64,000 nt of DNA, from positions 930,001 through 994,000 of the forward strand of contig NW_026250405.1 in NCBI RefSeq assembly GCF_024521635.1, in the 5' to 3' direction. Shown in pieces: positions 52,078 through 64,000 of the stretch. How positions within the stretch are numbered: position 1 is the first letter of the stretch; each line of letters begins with the position of its first letter. The position numbers and the translations under genes were made by a program. The notes under the pieces were generated by a model. It saw only the letters and a list, made by a program, of their open reading frames with translations. It was not told the origin of the DNA and made no database searches. The stretch is from Tricharina praecox (lineage: Eukaryota).

Positions 52078-55000
52078 ATGTCACCAGGCGTAGTAGAAAA
52101 CGCTCCTCCGCAGGTTACCCTCACACTCGCAAACGGCGCCCCCGCTTTCGACTTCGAGGCTGTATACACCACAATATTCGACGCAAAGACCTCGCAGGAG
52201 TCCCTCGATGCCGCTACATCACTCTGCAACGGAATCGCCGCTGATCCTTCGACCGCCCACCATGCGCTGGCCATCCTGCTCCCCCAGGTGGCAAAGGCCG
52301 CCGCAGATAAGAAGTCCGGAACGAACCGGGAGAGCGCTATGATTGTCTACGGCGCTCTGTTCGAGACGCTTCCGCACAAGGCTCCTGTCACCGAAGTCCA
52401 GCTGGTCGCTACCATCGGGAATGTTTTCGATGGTCTCGCCGATAAGGGCTCTGTTGTGCGCGAGAGCGCGCAGTATGCTATCGATGCTCTGTTCGCAGGA
52501 TTGAAACAACCTGTCCTGGTGTCCGGGCTGCTGGTCGCCTTGATGGAATACCTCAAGTCGTCAGGATCCAAGTGGCAAGGAAAGGTCGGCGCCTTGACGC
52601 TGATCGGAAAGTTGGCCGAGAAGGCGGTTAAGATCGAGCAGAACCAGGGCGAAGTTTTCCTTAAGGATGTTATGGGCAGGGAGCTGGAGGCGTTGATTCC
52701 TGTTGTCGAGAGCGGCATGCACGATCTTAAGACTGAGGTTCGTACAAATTCTTCCTTGCTTATTCCCCTCCGATGCTCGTTCGAGTGCTGATACGTGAAT
52801 CACTGTAGGTTTCGAAGGCTGCGATCAAGACAACAACAAGCTTGACGAAGCTGCTCAGCAATGAGGATGTCTCAAAGCACATTCCCACTTTGATCAAGAC
52901 CATGAACATGCCCAGCAAGGAGACTCTGGCGAAGGCGATCCACGCTCTCAGCATGACCACCTTCGTTCAGACCGTTACCTCCCCCGTCCTTTCTCTCCTC
53001 ACGCCTCTCCTCGAGCGTGCTCTTACTTCCCCGCAAACTTCTCAGGAAGTCCTCCGCCAAGCGGTTGTCGTCACTGAGAACTTGACTAAGCTTGTCCACG
53101 ACCCCGTTGAGGCTCGTGAGTTCTTGCCTCGCCTGCTACCCGGTGTCAAGCGTGTTCTCGAGTCCGCCTCCATCCCCGCTGTTCGTGAGCTGGCCAAGAG
53201 TGCCAACGATGTCATGCTCAAAGCTATGCGTGTCACCAGTGGCGACGAGGAGAACACCATTGGCGAGCGTATCTCGGTTGAAGAGGTCATTGGAGAACTC
53301 TCGGTCCGTGTTGCGCCCCTGCTGCGCAAGGAGGAATTGTCCTTCTTTGAGAACCAGGTCAAACTCTATATCTCTGCCATGGCCAGGGAGGTCATTGTCA
53401 TCCGGGAATGGTCGCGTCTCGAGGACTGCGTCGCTCCTTACCTCAAAGATCTCGTGCACGGAGGAGAGGAGAATGCCAAGAGCATTGCTGCAGATGTCGA
53501 GAAGTGGGCCCGCGAGACGGATCACACCAGGTTCGGAAACATCGGCATGGTGGACGACGAATACGCGAACGAGGTTGAGGTTGTCAATGCCAACTTCTCG
53601 CTGGCCTACGGAGGTATGATGTTGCTCAACCACACAACCCTGCGTCTGCACCGTGGTCACAGATACGGTCTTTGCGGTCGTAACGGAGCTGGAAAGTCCA
53701 CGCTCATGCGCTCGATCGCTGAGGGCAAGCTGGAAGGTTTCCCTTCCAAGGACGAGCTTCGCACCTGTTTCGTGGAGCACCGCAGTCAAGGCGATGAGAA
53801 CGAGCTGCCGATCGTCGAGTACATCAGACAGTCCCTCATCACCGACAACCTTCAGGAGGGTTTCATGGGCGACGATGGAACCGAGAAGATCAAGGAGACT
53901 CTGCGCAGTGTCGGCTTCGAGGGTGAGCGTGTTGACTTTAGGGTCGGCGAGCTCTCTGGAGGTTGGAAGATGAAGCTGGCTCTCGCCGAGGCCATGTTGA
54001 AGAAGGCCGAGGTCCTGCTGTTGGACGAGCCTACCAATCACTTGGACGTTGGAAATGTCAAGTGGCTGCAGGACTACCTCAAGGAGCACACCAACATCAC
54101 CAGTTTGATCGTGTCCCACGACTCCGGATTTTTGGACGAAGTGTGCACGGATATTATTCACTATGAGAATAAGAAGCTCGCTTACTACAAGGGCAATCTC
54201 GCTGCCTTCGTTGAGGTCCGTCCCGAAGGAAAGGCCTACTACACGCTCTCCTCCTCCAGCGTGCAGTTCAAGTTCCCTCCTCCTGGCCTCTTGACTGGTG
54301 TCTCGTCCCGCACTCGTTCCATCTTGAAGATGACCAACGCGACGTACACGTATCCCGGTACCTCCAAGCCTTCGCTCAGCAACGTCACCTGCTCGCTCTC
54401 GCTGTCCTCGCGTGTTGCTCTCCTTGGTGGTAACGGTGCCGGAAAGTCCACTCTCATCAAGGTTCTGACCGGAGAAGTCATTCCCCAGGAGGGTAAGGTC
54501 GAGAAGCATCCCAACTTGCGTGTTGGATATCTCTCGCAGCACTCTCTCGAGCCTCTCCAGTTCCATTTGGATAAGACTCCTAGTCAGTACCTGCAGTGGC
54601 GTTACGCCAACGGTGACGACAGAGAGGTGTTGATGAAGGCTACTCGTAAACTCAGCCCCGAGGACGAAGCTCAGATGAACACCCCCATCAACTTGGGCGA
54701 GGGTTCTGGTGCTCGCAGGATCAACAATATTGTCGGTCGCCAAAAGTGGAAGAAGTCCTTCCAGTACGAGGTCAACTGGGTTGGTCTCGGCCCCAAGAGC
54801 AACACCATGATCTCGCGCGAGACCTTGATGAAGCTCGGCTTCTTCAAGCTGGTACAGGAGTTCGACGATCACGAGGCGTCTCGCGAGGGTCTCGGTTTCC
54901 GCAAGCTCGAAGCTGCCGACATCCGCCAACACTTCGAGGACGTCGGACTCGACGCAGATCTCGCCGAGCACAACGAAATCGGTGGTATGTCCGGTGGTCA

Positions 55001-55591
55001 GAAGGTCAAGATCGTCATCGCCGGAGCTATGTGGAACAACCCCCATCTCCTCGTCCTCGACGAGCCCACCAATTACCTTGACCGCGAATCCCTCGGTGGT
55101 CTCTCCCACGCCATCCGTGAGTTCAAGGGAGGTGTCATCGTCATCTCCCACAACAATGAGTTCGTCTCTGCGCTTTGCAACGAGCAGTGGTGGGTCGAGG
55201 CTGGTCGTGTCACGGCTGCCACGCGCAATGCGGCCGATAACTCCAAGTTCGAAGGCGGGCTCTCGGTCAGCGGCGCCAACACGCCGCTCAGCAGCGCTGT
55301 TCCCAGCGCCGTCACCAGTGCTGCGGCGAGTGCTGCCAGCAGTGCCGTCAACTCGGACGCGGAAGACGAGAGCATGAAGTTCAAGGGACGCAAGTTCCCC
55401 AAGAAGAAGAAGATGACCAGGGCTCAGCAGAAGGACCGCGAGGTTCGCAGAAGGCTGAGACACATTGAATGGCTGAACAGTCCCAAGGGGTACGTTTTCC
55501 TTTTTTTCCCCTCCATTATTCACGTACAGCTATACTAACATTATCATGTAGGACCCCCAAGCCGGTAGACTCAGATGACGAGGCGGAGTAG
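52078..55591 (+). CDS. NEW1: eEF3-family ABC-F ATPase New1/Elf1, ~1126 aa; exons 52078-52737, 52809-55489, 55552-55591
   Basis: HEAT region, two ABC cassettes (GRNGAGKST, LSGGW, LLLDEPTNHLD; GGNGAGKST, MSGGQ) and a chromodomain insert. The C-terminus RRLRHIEWLNSPKGTPKPVDSDDEAE is the New1-type tail rather than the Yef3-type tail. Confidence 0.92.
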
Positions 55592-56578
55592 GCGAAGTAG
55601 GAAGTAGTGCGGGGGGGTTTATCAATCAGAATAATGGGGGATAGGATTGGATAGAGAAAAGTTTTTTTTTCGTTTTCCCTTTTGCTTGGTCACTTTGGTG
55701 TTTCGTTTTCCTTGGGTCGGGTCTTTAGATTTTTTTTCTCAGTGCGGTAGTACCTATGGGGTGGCATTTGCTGCGTGTTGTGTGTGTTGTGTGTGTTGTG
55801 TGTGTGTGTAATAGATTTCTTACGACGCGTGCTTGTGGCGGATTTGAATGATCAGATACGGTTGTTTACCTACCTACGTCGTTTACTATGAAGATGTTCT
55901 AGCCCAGTCCCCCAGTTCATCGTCTCTGTGCTACCTAGTACAGAACTCCGAGCAGATATCTCCGCGTCTTCACGTATCTTCGCGAGTCGTCCAGGACTGG
56001 ATTGGATGGGTCGGTATCTGTCATGGATAATCACTCGTCTACCTAGGACCTGAGCATGAATTTTGACCTGTGGCCCGTGGGCATTACTATCTAGGTACAT
56101 ACTGTCGTTAATGTAATGGTCTCTCTCTCTTGCTTTGCAAATCTTGAATAACCTGGCCTGGCTGCTATGGAAGTCTATCATATATCTAGGTAGTAGATGG
56201 TTGCCCCGTGCGGCGATACTTGGCTTCGCATGGACTGGGTCTCCCGAAACTGGATACCAATGGAAGGTACCTTTAATGATCGATACGGCCAGGACAATCC
56301 CTTGCCATGGTTACATAGGTACATAGGTGGAGACGACACGATACTAGTAGTATGACAGGAATACCACATGACAATAACCCAATTCCACAAGCCGATCAAC
56401 TCATTATGCACACACAAAAGATAAGACGAAAAAAGCCCAGCAAGCTCAGCAACAAATTCAAGATCAAGAGAGAGAGATCACAGTGCACACTCCGGCCTTC
56501 TCCCTTCACGAACCCGGCAATCTAAAAATACAAAATCCAGACCTAGTGGTGTCCTACGGAGTTCTAGTCCACCGCCTA

Positions 56579-57613
56579 CTAAGCAGCAAACCTTTTCCTC
56601 CGCTCGTCGGCCCTCTTCCTGTCCTCAGCACTCATACCGCCAGAGGGCTGAACCGGCTTCTTTACACGGCCACTCTCGACGACGCCGGCGCCAGCTCCAA
56701 CTCCCCTATTGCCCCTCCTCCTACCGCCCTGCTGCTGCTGGTTTTGCTGCTGCTGGTTTTGCTGCTGCTGACCCGCGGTCTCAAACCTTCCGCGCTTCCC
56801 ACCACGCCCCTGCTGCTGCGCCGGCTGCGCGTCTCCGCGCCGCTTCTTCTCGCGCTCGACAGGCAACGCCTCGTTGAGCCCCTTGACCTCGGTCTTCACC
56901 TCCTCGATGCCGAAGCGCTTCTGGCGTTCCAGGGACTTGAGGGTTTCGCTCTCCTCGGCGGACAGGCCGAAGCGCTCTGCGCGCTTCTTGCGGCGCGCGA
57001 TTTCTTCGTCCAGCGAGGTCGTGGGGAGGTTCGCGCTGAACGCTGGGGTGGGGGTGGTGGTGGCAGTGGGAGCAGCGGCGGCGGCGGCGGGGGTGGGTGC
57101 GGGTGCTGCGGCTGACGACGTCTCGTCTGTTACCGTCGAGGGCGAGCTGGGCTCGTTGCCGGACTTGGTGGCGGGCGTGGTGCTCTCGAAGAGTGACGCG
57201 ATCGTCTTGCGCTTGGGTTTTGTGTCGGTGGAGGGGGAGGCGGCGGCGCTGGCGGTGGTGGTGGTGGTGGTGGGCTCGGCTGGTGCGGTGGCGGAGGGAG
57301 TAGTGGGCGCGACGGCTGGGGCGGAGGTAGCGGTGGCTGGTGCGGCTGCCGCAGGCTTGTCGTCGTGCTCCCAGTCAACTTCGTATTCCTCGTCGGCGCT
57401 GGGGAGGTGTGCGGCGGGCGCGGTGGTGGTGCTGGTGGCAGTGGGAGCGGCAGTGCTGGGTTTGTCGGTCGACGTGGCGGTCGATGGCGAGGACTCGTCA
57501 CTCGCGGTAAGACGCGAAATTAGGTCGCCTTTTAGGCCGTTTGTGGGGAGACCACGCGCCGTGAGGGCGTCGCGCAGCTCGGGGACCTTCATTTTGCTGT
57601 AGTCGGCGGGCAT
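56579..57613 (-). CDS. THO1: SAP-domain ribonucleoprotein Tho1/SARNP, 344 aa
   Basis: N-terminal SAP domain (YSKMKVPELRDALTARGLPTNGLKGDLISRL) and the C-terminal repeated motifs RKKRAERFG, RQKRFG, RRKRF. Confidence 0.88.
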   Translation of the reverse strand: MPADYSKMKVPELRDALTARGLPTNGLKGDLISRLTASDESSPSTATSTDKPSTAAPTATSTTTAPAAHLPSADEEYEVDWEHDDKPAAAAPATATSAPAVAPTTPSATAPAEPTTTTTTASAAASPSTDTKPKRKTIASLFESTTPATKSGNEPSSPSTVTDETSSAAAPAPTPAAAAAAPTATTTPTPAFSANLPTTSLDEEIARRKKRAERFGLSAEESETLKSLERQKRFGIEEVKTEVKGLNEALPVEREKKRRGDAQPAQQQGRGGKRGRFETAGQQQQNQQQQNQQQQGGRRRGNRGVGAGAGVVESGRVKKPVQPSGGMSAEDRKRADERRKRFAA

Positions 57614-58223
57614 TGTTGTCGTTTAGTGGTGATGATTATGGGAAGGGGGATTAGTGGTGTTGTGGTGTTGTGGTAGATGTGGATGTAGCTGTGGTTGTAG
57701 ATGTGGTTGTAGTTGTAGTTGTGGTCAGTGGGGTGGAGGTGGAGATGGATGGATAGAGGTGAGAAAAAATGGTCGGGGTTAATTGTGGCTGGGAACGAGG
57801 ACGGGACGCGCTCTTACGTGTTCGGATCGAAAGGGGCGAAAGAACTCCAAGGCGAAGAGGCGGCTGCGCGGGCGTTGGCGAGAGTGATTAGCCAGAGCTG
57901 GAAGGTGATGAGGTTACCCGACTGAAAATCGTCAGGCAGGGCTTAGGGCTGAGGAGGTTTGTTTGTTTTGTTAGTGAGATGCTATTTCTGGTCGACAGCG
58001 TGGAATCGGGATTTCACGAGACGAGCTCTCCAGACTGAATCGGCACGTCCAGTCGAGCTCTGAAATGCACCGCTGCGCGTGCCGTGCCGTGGCGCTTTGT
58101 TTGTTTTGCCCTTCAGTCCGTGCCACAAAGAAACAACATCATCAATAACAACAACACGCGACTCACACGTCCCCCCCACCCTCGGCCTCGACAATGCGAT
58201 GTGAAGCAGAAGCAGAAGCAGAA

Positions 58224-59621
58224 ATGAATTCCTCCCGTCCACGGCAGCCATTCAGAATGACTACTACTACAACCACTACCACCAACTTGCCCTCGAAGCG
58301 TCCAAACCTCATGATCGGCCAGATCCTCGCCGACAACAGCATCCTCGACAAGCCGCGGCCGGGCCCGATTCCGCTGTCGCGTCGGCCTCCTTTGGCAGAA
58401 GTCAAGAACAGCGCGTCGGCTGCCTCGCCGAGGAAGCGGAGAGAGAAGGAGAAGGAGACTGCGCCGGAGCCGTCGCAGCAGAAGGAAAAGAGACAGGAGA
58501 AACCCAGCCTCGAGCGTGAACCTAGGGCGAAAGGCCTACCGCCGCCGCCGCAGCAGCATCCGCCATCAGCTCTCACAGCACTCCTCCTCTCGCACTCGTG
58601 CACAACGCCAACCCTCCCGCCGCTCCCCGCCCCGCCGCGGTCTCGCCAGCCAGTCCACAGCACCGCCCTCTCCGCCGCGCAATCCGTCCCGCCGCCCACA
58701 GCCCCCACCCCCTCCCCTTCAAACCACCTCCTCCGCCAATTACGCAAAACCCTCGAAACCTCTCCTCCGCGGCGGCGATTACAGCCACCCCCACCCCCAC
58801 CACCAGCCCACCCTTCTCCCCCGCAGCGGCGATCGCAACCACCCGCACCGCACCCCACCACCCCCCCAATCCCAACAATAACCCTCGACTCCCTCCCGAG
58901 CTTTACACACCACAGCGAGCACGCGATCACCTCTCTGCACTCGCCCTCACACATCACCCTCCTGCTGCGCTCGACAGGCAACATCTACACGATCACGCGC
59001 AACACTTTGACAATCGGCACGTCAACCTACTGCATAGAGGACATACCGTACAAGCACCTACCCGCATTCCGGTACGTGCGCCGCTTCGTCGCCGCCGTAA
59101 GGAAGCGCACGGTTGTTGCCTTCGGAGGCGTTGGCGGGCTGCATGGACGCGTCTGGGCGGATGGGAGAGGGGTTGTTACCCTACAGCGGACGGGCGCGGG
59201 GGAGGGGAAGGGGGAGGGGGGGGAGACAGAGGTCGAGGTGCACTTCGCCGCCACCGGCGAGACGGCGGGCGCCGAGGGGGTCACAACTGAGGAGCTCAAG
59301 CACGCGCAGAGGCTGTACGTCTGGCTAAAGAAGCACCCTGCCGCGCTGCCCCCGGCGCCGGCGCCGGCCCCGGCGCCGATGGTGGATGGTGATGAGTGGG
59401 AGTTGACGCCCGAGACGAGGTTTGTCAAGGCCGTTGGGTGGTGCCGGGAGCTGGGCGAGGGACGGTGGAGCTTGAAGTTCCTTGATGGCGTTAGGGTCGA
59501 GATTCGCGGGGGCGAGGTGTTGTGGATCAGCCGGGAGGGGGCCAGGTGGAGTGTTGCTAAGGGATTGAGGGATGAGGAGGTTAGGAGGAGGGTCGCGTTG
59601 TTTGTTAAGGCGGGTGTGTAA
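58224..59621 (+). CDS. Kinase-less PLK4-type polo-box protein (Pro-rich N-terminus, then PB1/PB2/PB3-like), ~465 aa; start could be 58194, 58224 or 58257
   Basis: Uninterrupted long ORF. YCIEDIPYKHLPAFRYVRRFVAAVRKRT resembles PLK4 PB1 and FVKAVGWCRELGEGRWSLKFLDG resembles PB3. The domain call is from remembered sequence. Confidence 0.7.
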   Translation: MNSSRPRQPFRMTTTTTTTTNLPSKRPNLMIGQILADNSILDKPRPGPIPLSRRPPLAEVKNSASAASPRKRREKEKETAPEPSQQKEKRQEKPSLEREPRAKGLPPPPQQHPPSALTALLLSHSCTTPTLPPLPAPPRSRQPVHSTALSAAQSVPPPTAPTPSPSNHLLRQLRKTLETSPPRRRLQPPPPPPPAHPSPPQRRSQPPAPHPTTPPIPTITLDSLPSFTHHSEHAITSLHSPSHITLLLRSTGNIYTITRNTLTIGTSTYCIEDIPYKHLPAFRYVRRFVAAVRKRTVVAFGGVGGLHGRVWADGRGVVTLQRTGAGEGKGEGGETEVEVHFAATGETAGAEGVTTEELKHAQRLYVWLKKHPAALPPAPAPAPAPMVDGDEWELTPETRFVKAVGWCRELGEGRWSLKFLDGVRVEIRGGEVLWISREGARWSVAKGLRDEEVRRRVALFVKAGV

Positions 59622-60622
59622 TATACATACATACCTCATACCTACAACTTGAGACTGGAGACTGCAGCGAAGAGGTGGGATGGCCTGCAGCTGCAGTTCT
59701 TTGCTGTGGAGTTTGGCGTGTAGTTAGTTCTGGAGTTTTGGCGACGGCTTACCTACCTATGTAAAAGCATGGCTCATCACTCTTTGGTGAGTGACAGTTC
59801 ATGAAGATGAAGGTCCATGATCATTTTTGTGGTTTGAAATCGAAACCGGCGGTTAAATCACGGCTTTTCCGTATCTTACTGCCAGCATCCATTCAGGAAT
59901 CAGGATACAATTTACCATTGCCGGGTATCACAAATCGTATGTCTACCTAGGTACCTACCTGGGTAGTACATAGAGACAGTGATTGGAGGACTGGCGTCTA
60001 GATGGATAGGTAAGTACCTACCTAGGTACTTGCGGTGCAATTCCTCTATCAGCACTTCACCGCCACCTCCCCGAGTGTGTATAGTAGGCTGTGGCTTCAC
60101 TCGAAGGAAGCTCTGGCGGCGGTGGACATTTCACATGGGGACGAACAAAGATATTGTTGCTGATTGTGTGTCAGTGGGCGTGGCGACGGCTTTCTAGTTT
60201 TTGCCAGTATAGTATATCGTATCATATGTAGAGTAGGAGTGGATAATCGAAAGTGCCGTTTGGAATGACTGAAGAAAAATGTTTGGCCTGGTACGTAGGT
60301 GATATGATGAGGTTCAGATAGAGTATCCACCTACTATACACCACATGATAATAGAGTCAGGCAACATATAGAGTACTTGTTCAATGGGTAATATATTCCC
60401 ACGCCCACATACAAGCTATGAGGGCGTTCATCTCAAGGACTTTCATCCTTCGCCTACATACTGTATCCCAACCCTCCGTAAACCCCAAGAAAGCAAAGAA
60501 AAAACATACCAAACATAACAGCACAACATAAAACCCTTACCAAATCCGAAAAAAGAAAACCCATAATTATGTACACGTACCAAACACCCGCCTCCATTAT
60601 CACCGCCTCGTACAAACACAGC

Positions 60623-62383
60623 TCAATCCGTCAACGCATCAAACTTGGACATCCTCCTAATCTCCGGCCCCCAGCGCTTAAACACCCACGGAATCGGCAT
60701 CATCGTCAGCGCGATGAAGCCGAACAGGCTGGTTGCCCAGGCGATGCCGAGGTTTTCGAACACTGCGACGAGAGGGTTAGTTGATGTGAACGAGAATGAG
60801 GGTGGAAAAGTGGAAGGGGACGTACTGTCGACTGTGAACAGCGGGAATGCCATGGCCAGTACGTAGCGCAGCAGCCCGAGCGCGGCGATGGCCGACGCGG
60901 CGACGAGCGGCGTGTACACTTCTAGGATGTACATCACGGCCGAGAGCTGGGTGGTCATTAGCATTCATTCCGTCATGTAGAGTTAGGGGGCGGGGGCGGG
61001 GGGGGCATACGAAGACAAGGACCAATCCGGCGCCAAACGGCACACCGGCGATGCACGGGACAATCCAGTGAATATCCGATCTGGCGGTCCAGGCGAACCA
61101 GAACAGGCCGACGGGCATGAGCCCAGATCCGATCATGGCGGGGATCAATCGAATCTCCGGGGGCGGGGAGCCATGGTGTGCGCGATGTGCGGGGACGTAG
61201 AAGATCCTGTCTTGGATAAGGTATATGATACAGCCCAGACACAAACCTACCGCAATGCCCAAGAAGCACAGGCCGGTCTCGCCAAGGTTCATCCCGTACT
61301 CGCGCTGGAACACGAAGGGGTACGCCTCGAAGAAGCCGAAGAGCACTGCGAACGCGAAGGAGGAGTATAGCGCTACGGCTTGCACGATCGGCTCTTTGAA
61401 TAGCATCAGGGTGGGCCGCGCAAGGGTGATGGTGAAGATCATTTTCAATGCCGTCTTGGGGTCCAGTTTGGGCGGCAGGGTTTGCCCCCGCGCGAGTGCT
61501 CGACGTTTGAGGATTACCGGCTTGTATGATTCCTCGAGTAGAGCCAGGGGGAGGAGGAGCGCAGCGCCGCCAATGGTGACGATCCACATGGTCCAGCGCC
61601 AGCCCATGCCGTCGACGAGGTAGCCTCCCACGACGGGGCCTAGGGGTGCATCAGTAACCATATCACTCGGATGTGTTGGGCAAGCGGGAGGAGCATACCG
61701 AGTGCTGGTCCCATGAACGTTGCGAAAGCCTGCACCGTCACCGCCGAGCCCGAGGTCTTGAGATCCCAAATATCGACAAACGAGCCTGCCGAGACCGCGA
61801 GGGCAGGACCACCGAAAATGCCCGCGAAGGTTCGGCACACGGCAAGCGTCTCCATGTTCCTGGCAAAGCCGGCGCCCATCGAGAAGAGCATGAATATGGG
61901 CAGGTTGACAAAGTATACCATCTTCCGCCCGAAGACTTCGGACAACGGCGCCGAGAACATGGGCCCGAGCCCGAGACCGACCACGTACATCGACACACCC
62001 AGCAGCGCGGTGGTGATGGACACGTTAAATTCTTCGGAGACTTCATAGACGCCTGCTGCGTAGACGGAGGATGTAAATGTACTGCAACCAGCGTCAGAAC
62101 GGGCTCCCGATTCAGGGACGGCGCAGGGGATAAAAACTAACACGAGCAAACACAGAGCACCAGGAACGATGGTCCCGAACCATCGCTTTCGCATTGGCCA
62201 GTTCCACGGATTATCGGGATCCTCAGGACAGTCCCAGTCGAGGCCGACGGCGACCTTCGCATGGGATGTCGAGCTATCATCGTTCGAGCCCCGGACAGTA
62301 GTTGCCTCGAGATCGATGGCCGAGGGGGAGACCGAGAGCGCACCGTCGTCCGCGTCTACGATGGTGGTAGCCTTTGAGCTCAT
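60623..62383 (-). CDS. MFS drug:H+ antiporter DHA1 family (Tpo/Flr1-like), ~504 aa; exons 62383-62142, 62081-61699, 61639-61011, 60946-60826, 60762-60623
   Basis: WDCPEDPDNPWNW, APLSEVFGRK, LGPVVGG, GWRW, EESYKPVIL, PPEIRL, LFWFAWT. Spliced length 1515 nt is in frame. Confidence 0.93.
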
Positions 62384-64000
62384 GATTGCTGTTTATCGTC
62401 TTTTGCTGTGGTCGTGGTCGTTACGGCCGGACTTCGAACTCAAGATGTGACCCTTTGTTGCCGTCGCAGTCTCAATAATTTCAGCCGGGGGGTGGGGGGG
62501 CCAAGGGCCGCTATGTATTGAACTCTGGCCCTCGCAGAAGGGGGTGTGTGGTTCCCGTTTTTTGATTTGCATGCCATTTTGCTTTTAGGGAGGGAGGTGG
62601 TGGTCGTGGAGGTGGTCAAGGTGGGTGGCGTTCGGATGTGTTCTGGATCTGGGGAAGATCCCGAGAGCTGGGTTCGCGTAGTGTTCCGAAAGCGGGACTT
62701 TGCGCCGGTTGGCTCGAGGGCGCGGTGCAGCTACGCCCCAATGGGAAAGACGGTTCACGGCCGGTAATCGTTCATCTCCCTTCCAGCCGTGCCTAACTAT
62801 GGGCTAGTTGTGGACGTGGGTGGGTGGAATTCGAGAAGCCGGTGCTTTCTTTCTTTCGTTACGGAGAAGGGACTCGGTAGCATGTAGATGTGTACAGCAT
62901 ACATACAAGTGCTGTATCTTCGGCGGGACGAAAGCGATGGACACTGAGGCCGCGGGACATATGCATTACGCTGGGGTACAACTACTAGGCACTCTACACA
63001 TGGAGGTTCTGGCAGCAGTGGCATGATTGTCGTGATGTGCAAAAAGGGCGGACGCCTACATAGCAGGTACTATGCCTACCTGCACTCCGTTGCGAAGTAT
63101 GGTACATACCAAAGTAAGTATCTATCTGCGGATCAACAGCCAGGTATGTTACTATAATCAAGTATACTCACATACCGACCGACAACACCGCGACCCTCCT
63201 GCCACCGCAACTTTCCTGCTCACTCGCGCCCCCCCTCATTCCTGCGATCCCTCGCATGCCGATTCGAACGACAGAAAAACAAGCGTTCTGGCGTGTTTCG
63301 GAAAATCTCAGCTGCATCACAGAAATCCACGTAATCTGCACATGCGCAGCGGCATTCGCTGCCGTCAAACCCACTCCACACGGGCCGCTGCACACTTCAC
63401 ACTTCACACTGCACACAGCACACCCTCCTCCGAAGCACCCCTCTCCGAAGCACTTCAGACACAGCCGTCGTTCGTCGTCGAACCGGGGAACCAGAGACAT
63501 GACGTTTCTGTCCGGTTTCTCGCTTAGCATCACCTGCGATTCGTGGTCGGCCATCGGGAAGCACAGAGGCGGGCGTACAGGAATCGTCCGTCTGCTCTCC
63601 GGCCTGAGACACGATCTTCATCTCCTCCGTTCAAGGGGAGGGCTGAGTAGGGAGATTTATACCTTACTCATCTGCTTAGTTATACATGCTACTAGTGGTA
63701 TGGTAGGAAGGTGCTCCTATGCTTCCGGCCCTGGAGGATTCGCCGTATCCGGAGGGCAACGTCGCAGAAGCCGGAGTCCGAGCAGAACAACACTAGAGTA
63801 ACACGTAGAATCTCTACTACTAGTAGTACGTGCCGCAACTACTACTCTTACCTACGTAGCAGTTCTAATCGAGCGGATCGAGCACAGACGCCCTTAGGGG
63901 CGGGCTCTCCGAGACATTTGTACGCTTTAGCTCGCCCAACTGTTTATCCGCGCGGCTGGCCCTGGGAGTATGAAGTTAACGTTCTCATAGCACCTATATG

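Noticed and set aside
53136..55523. 795-aa antisense ORF
   Set aside because: Shadow frame of the strongly codon-biased NEW1 gene.
52078..55591. Canonical YEF3/TEF3 call
   Set aside because: The C-terminal tail matches the New1/Elf1 paralog; no N/Q prion-like leader is present, which is unremarkable outside Saccharomyces.
52078..57613. Functional cluster of mRNA-related genes NEW1 and THO1
   Set aside because: Adjacency of two housekeeping genes is not evidence of co-regulation.

Overview
Eukaryotic DNA from a filamentous ascomycete (Pezizomycotina; Pezizomycetes is a guess), with short GT-AG introns carrying CTRAY branch points. I can support 15 gene models: a SAM methyltransferase, CCR4, a TMEM223-like mitochondrial membrane protein, PDX1, a conserved LRR protein, a multi-zinc-finger protein, two divergent Myb-like paralogs (one interrupted by TGA at a conserved Trp), LYRM5/ETFRF1, oxalate decarboxylase, a metallophosphoesterase, NEW1/elf1 (eEF3 family), THO1, a polo-box protein and a DHA1 MFS transporter. 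About 20 kb (13.3-33.2 kb) has no recognisable gene and is full of micro/minisatellites and a recurring TACTCTAC motif. The most notable signal is a kinase-less protein at 58.2-59.6 kb whose C-terminal half resembles the PLK4 PB1-PB2-PB3 polo boxes and which carries a D-box, in a lineage without centrioles. All family calls come from motif recognition by eye; no searches were run. I saw no rRNA, tRNA, CRISPR array or intact transposon.
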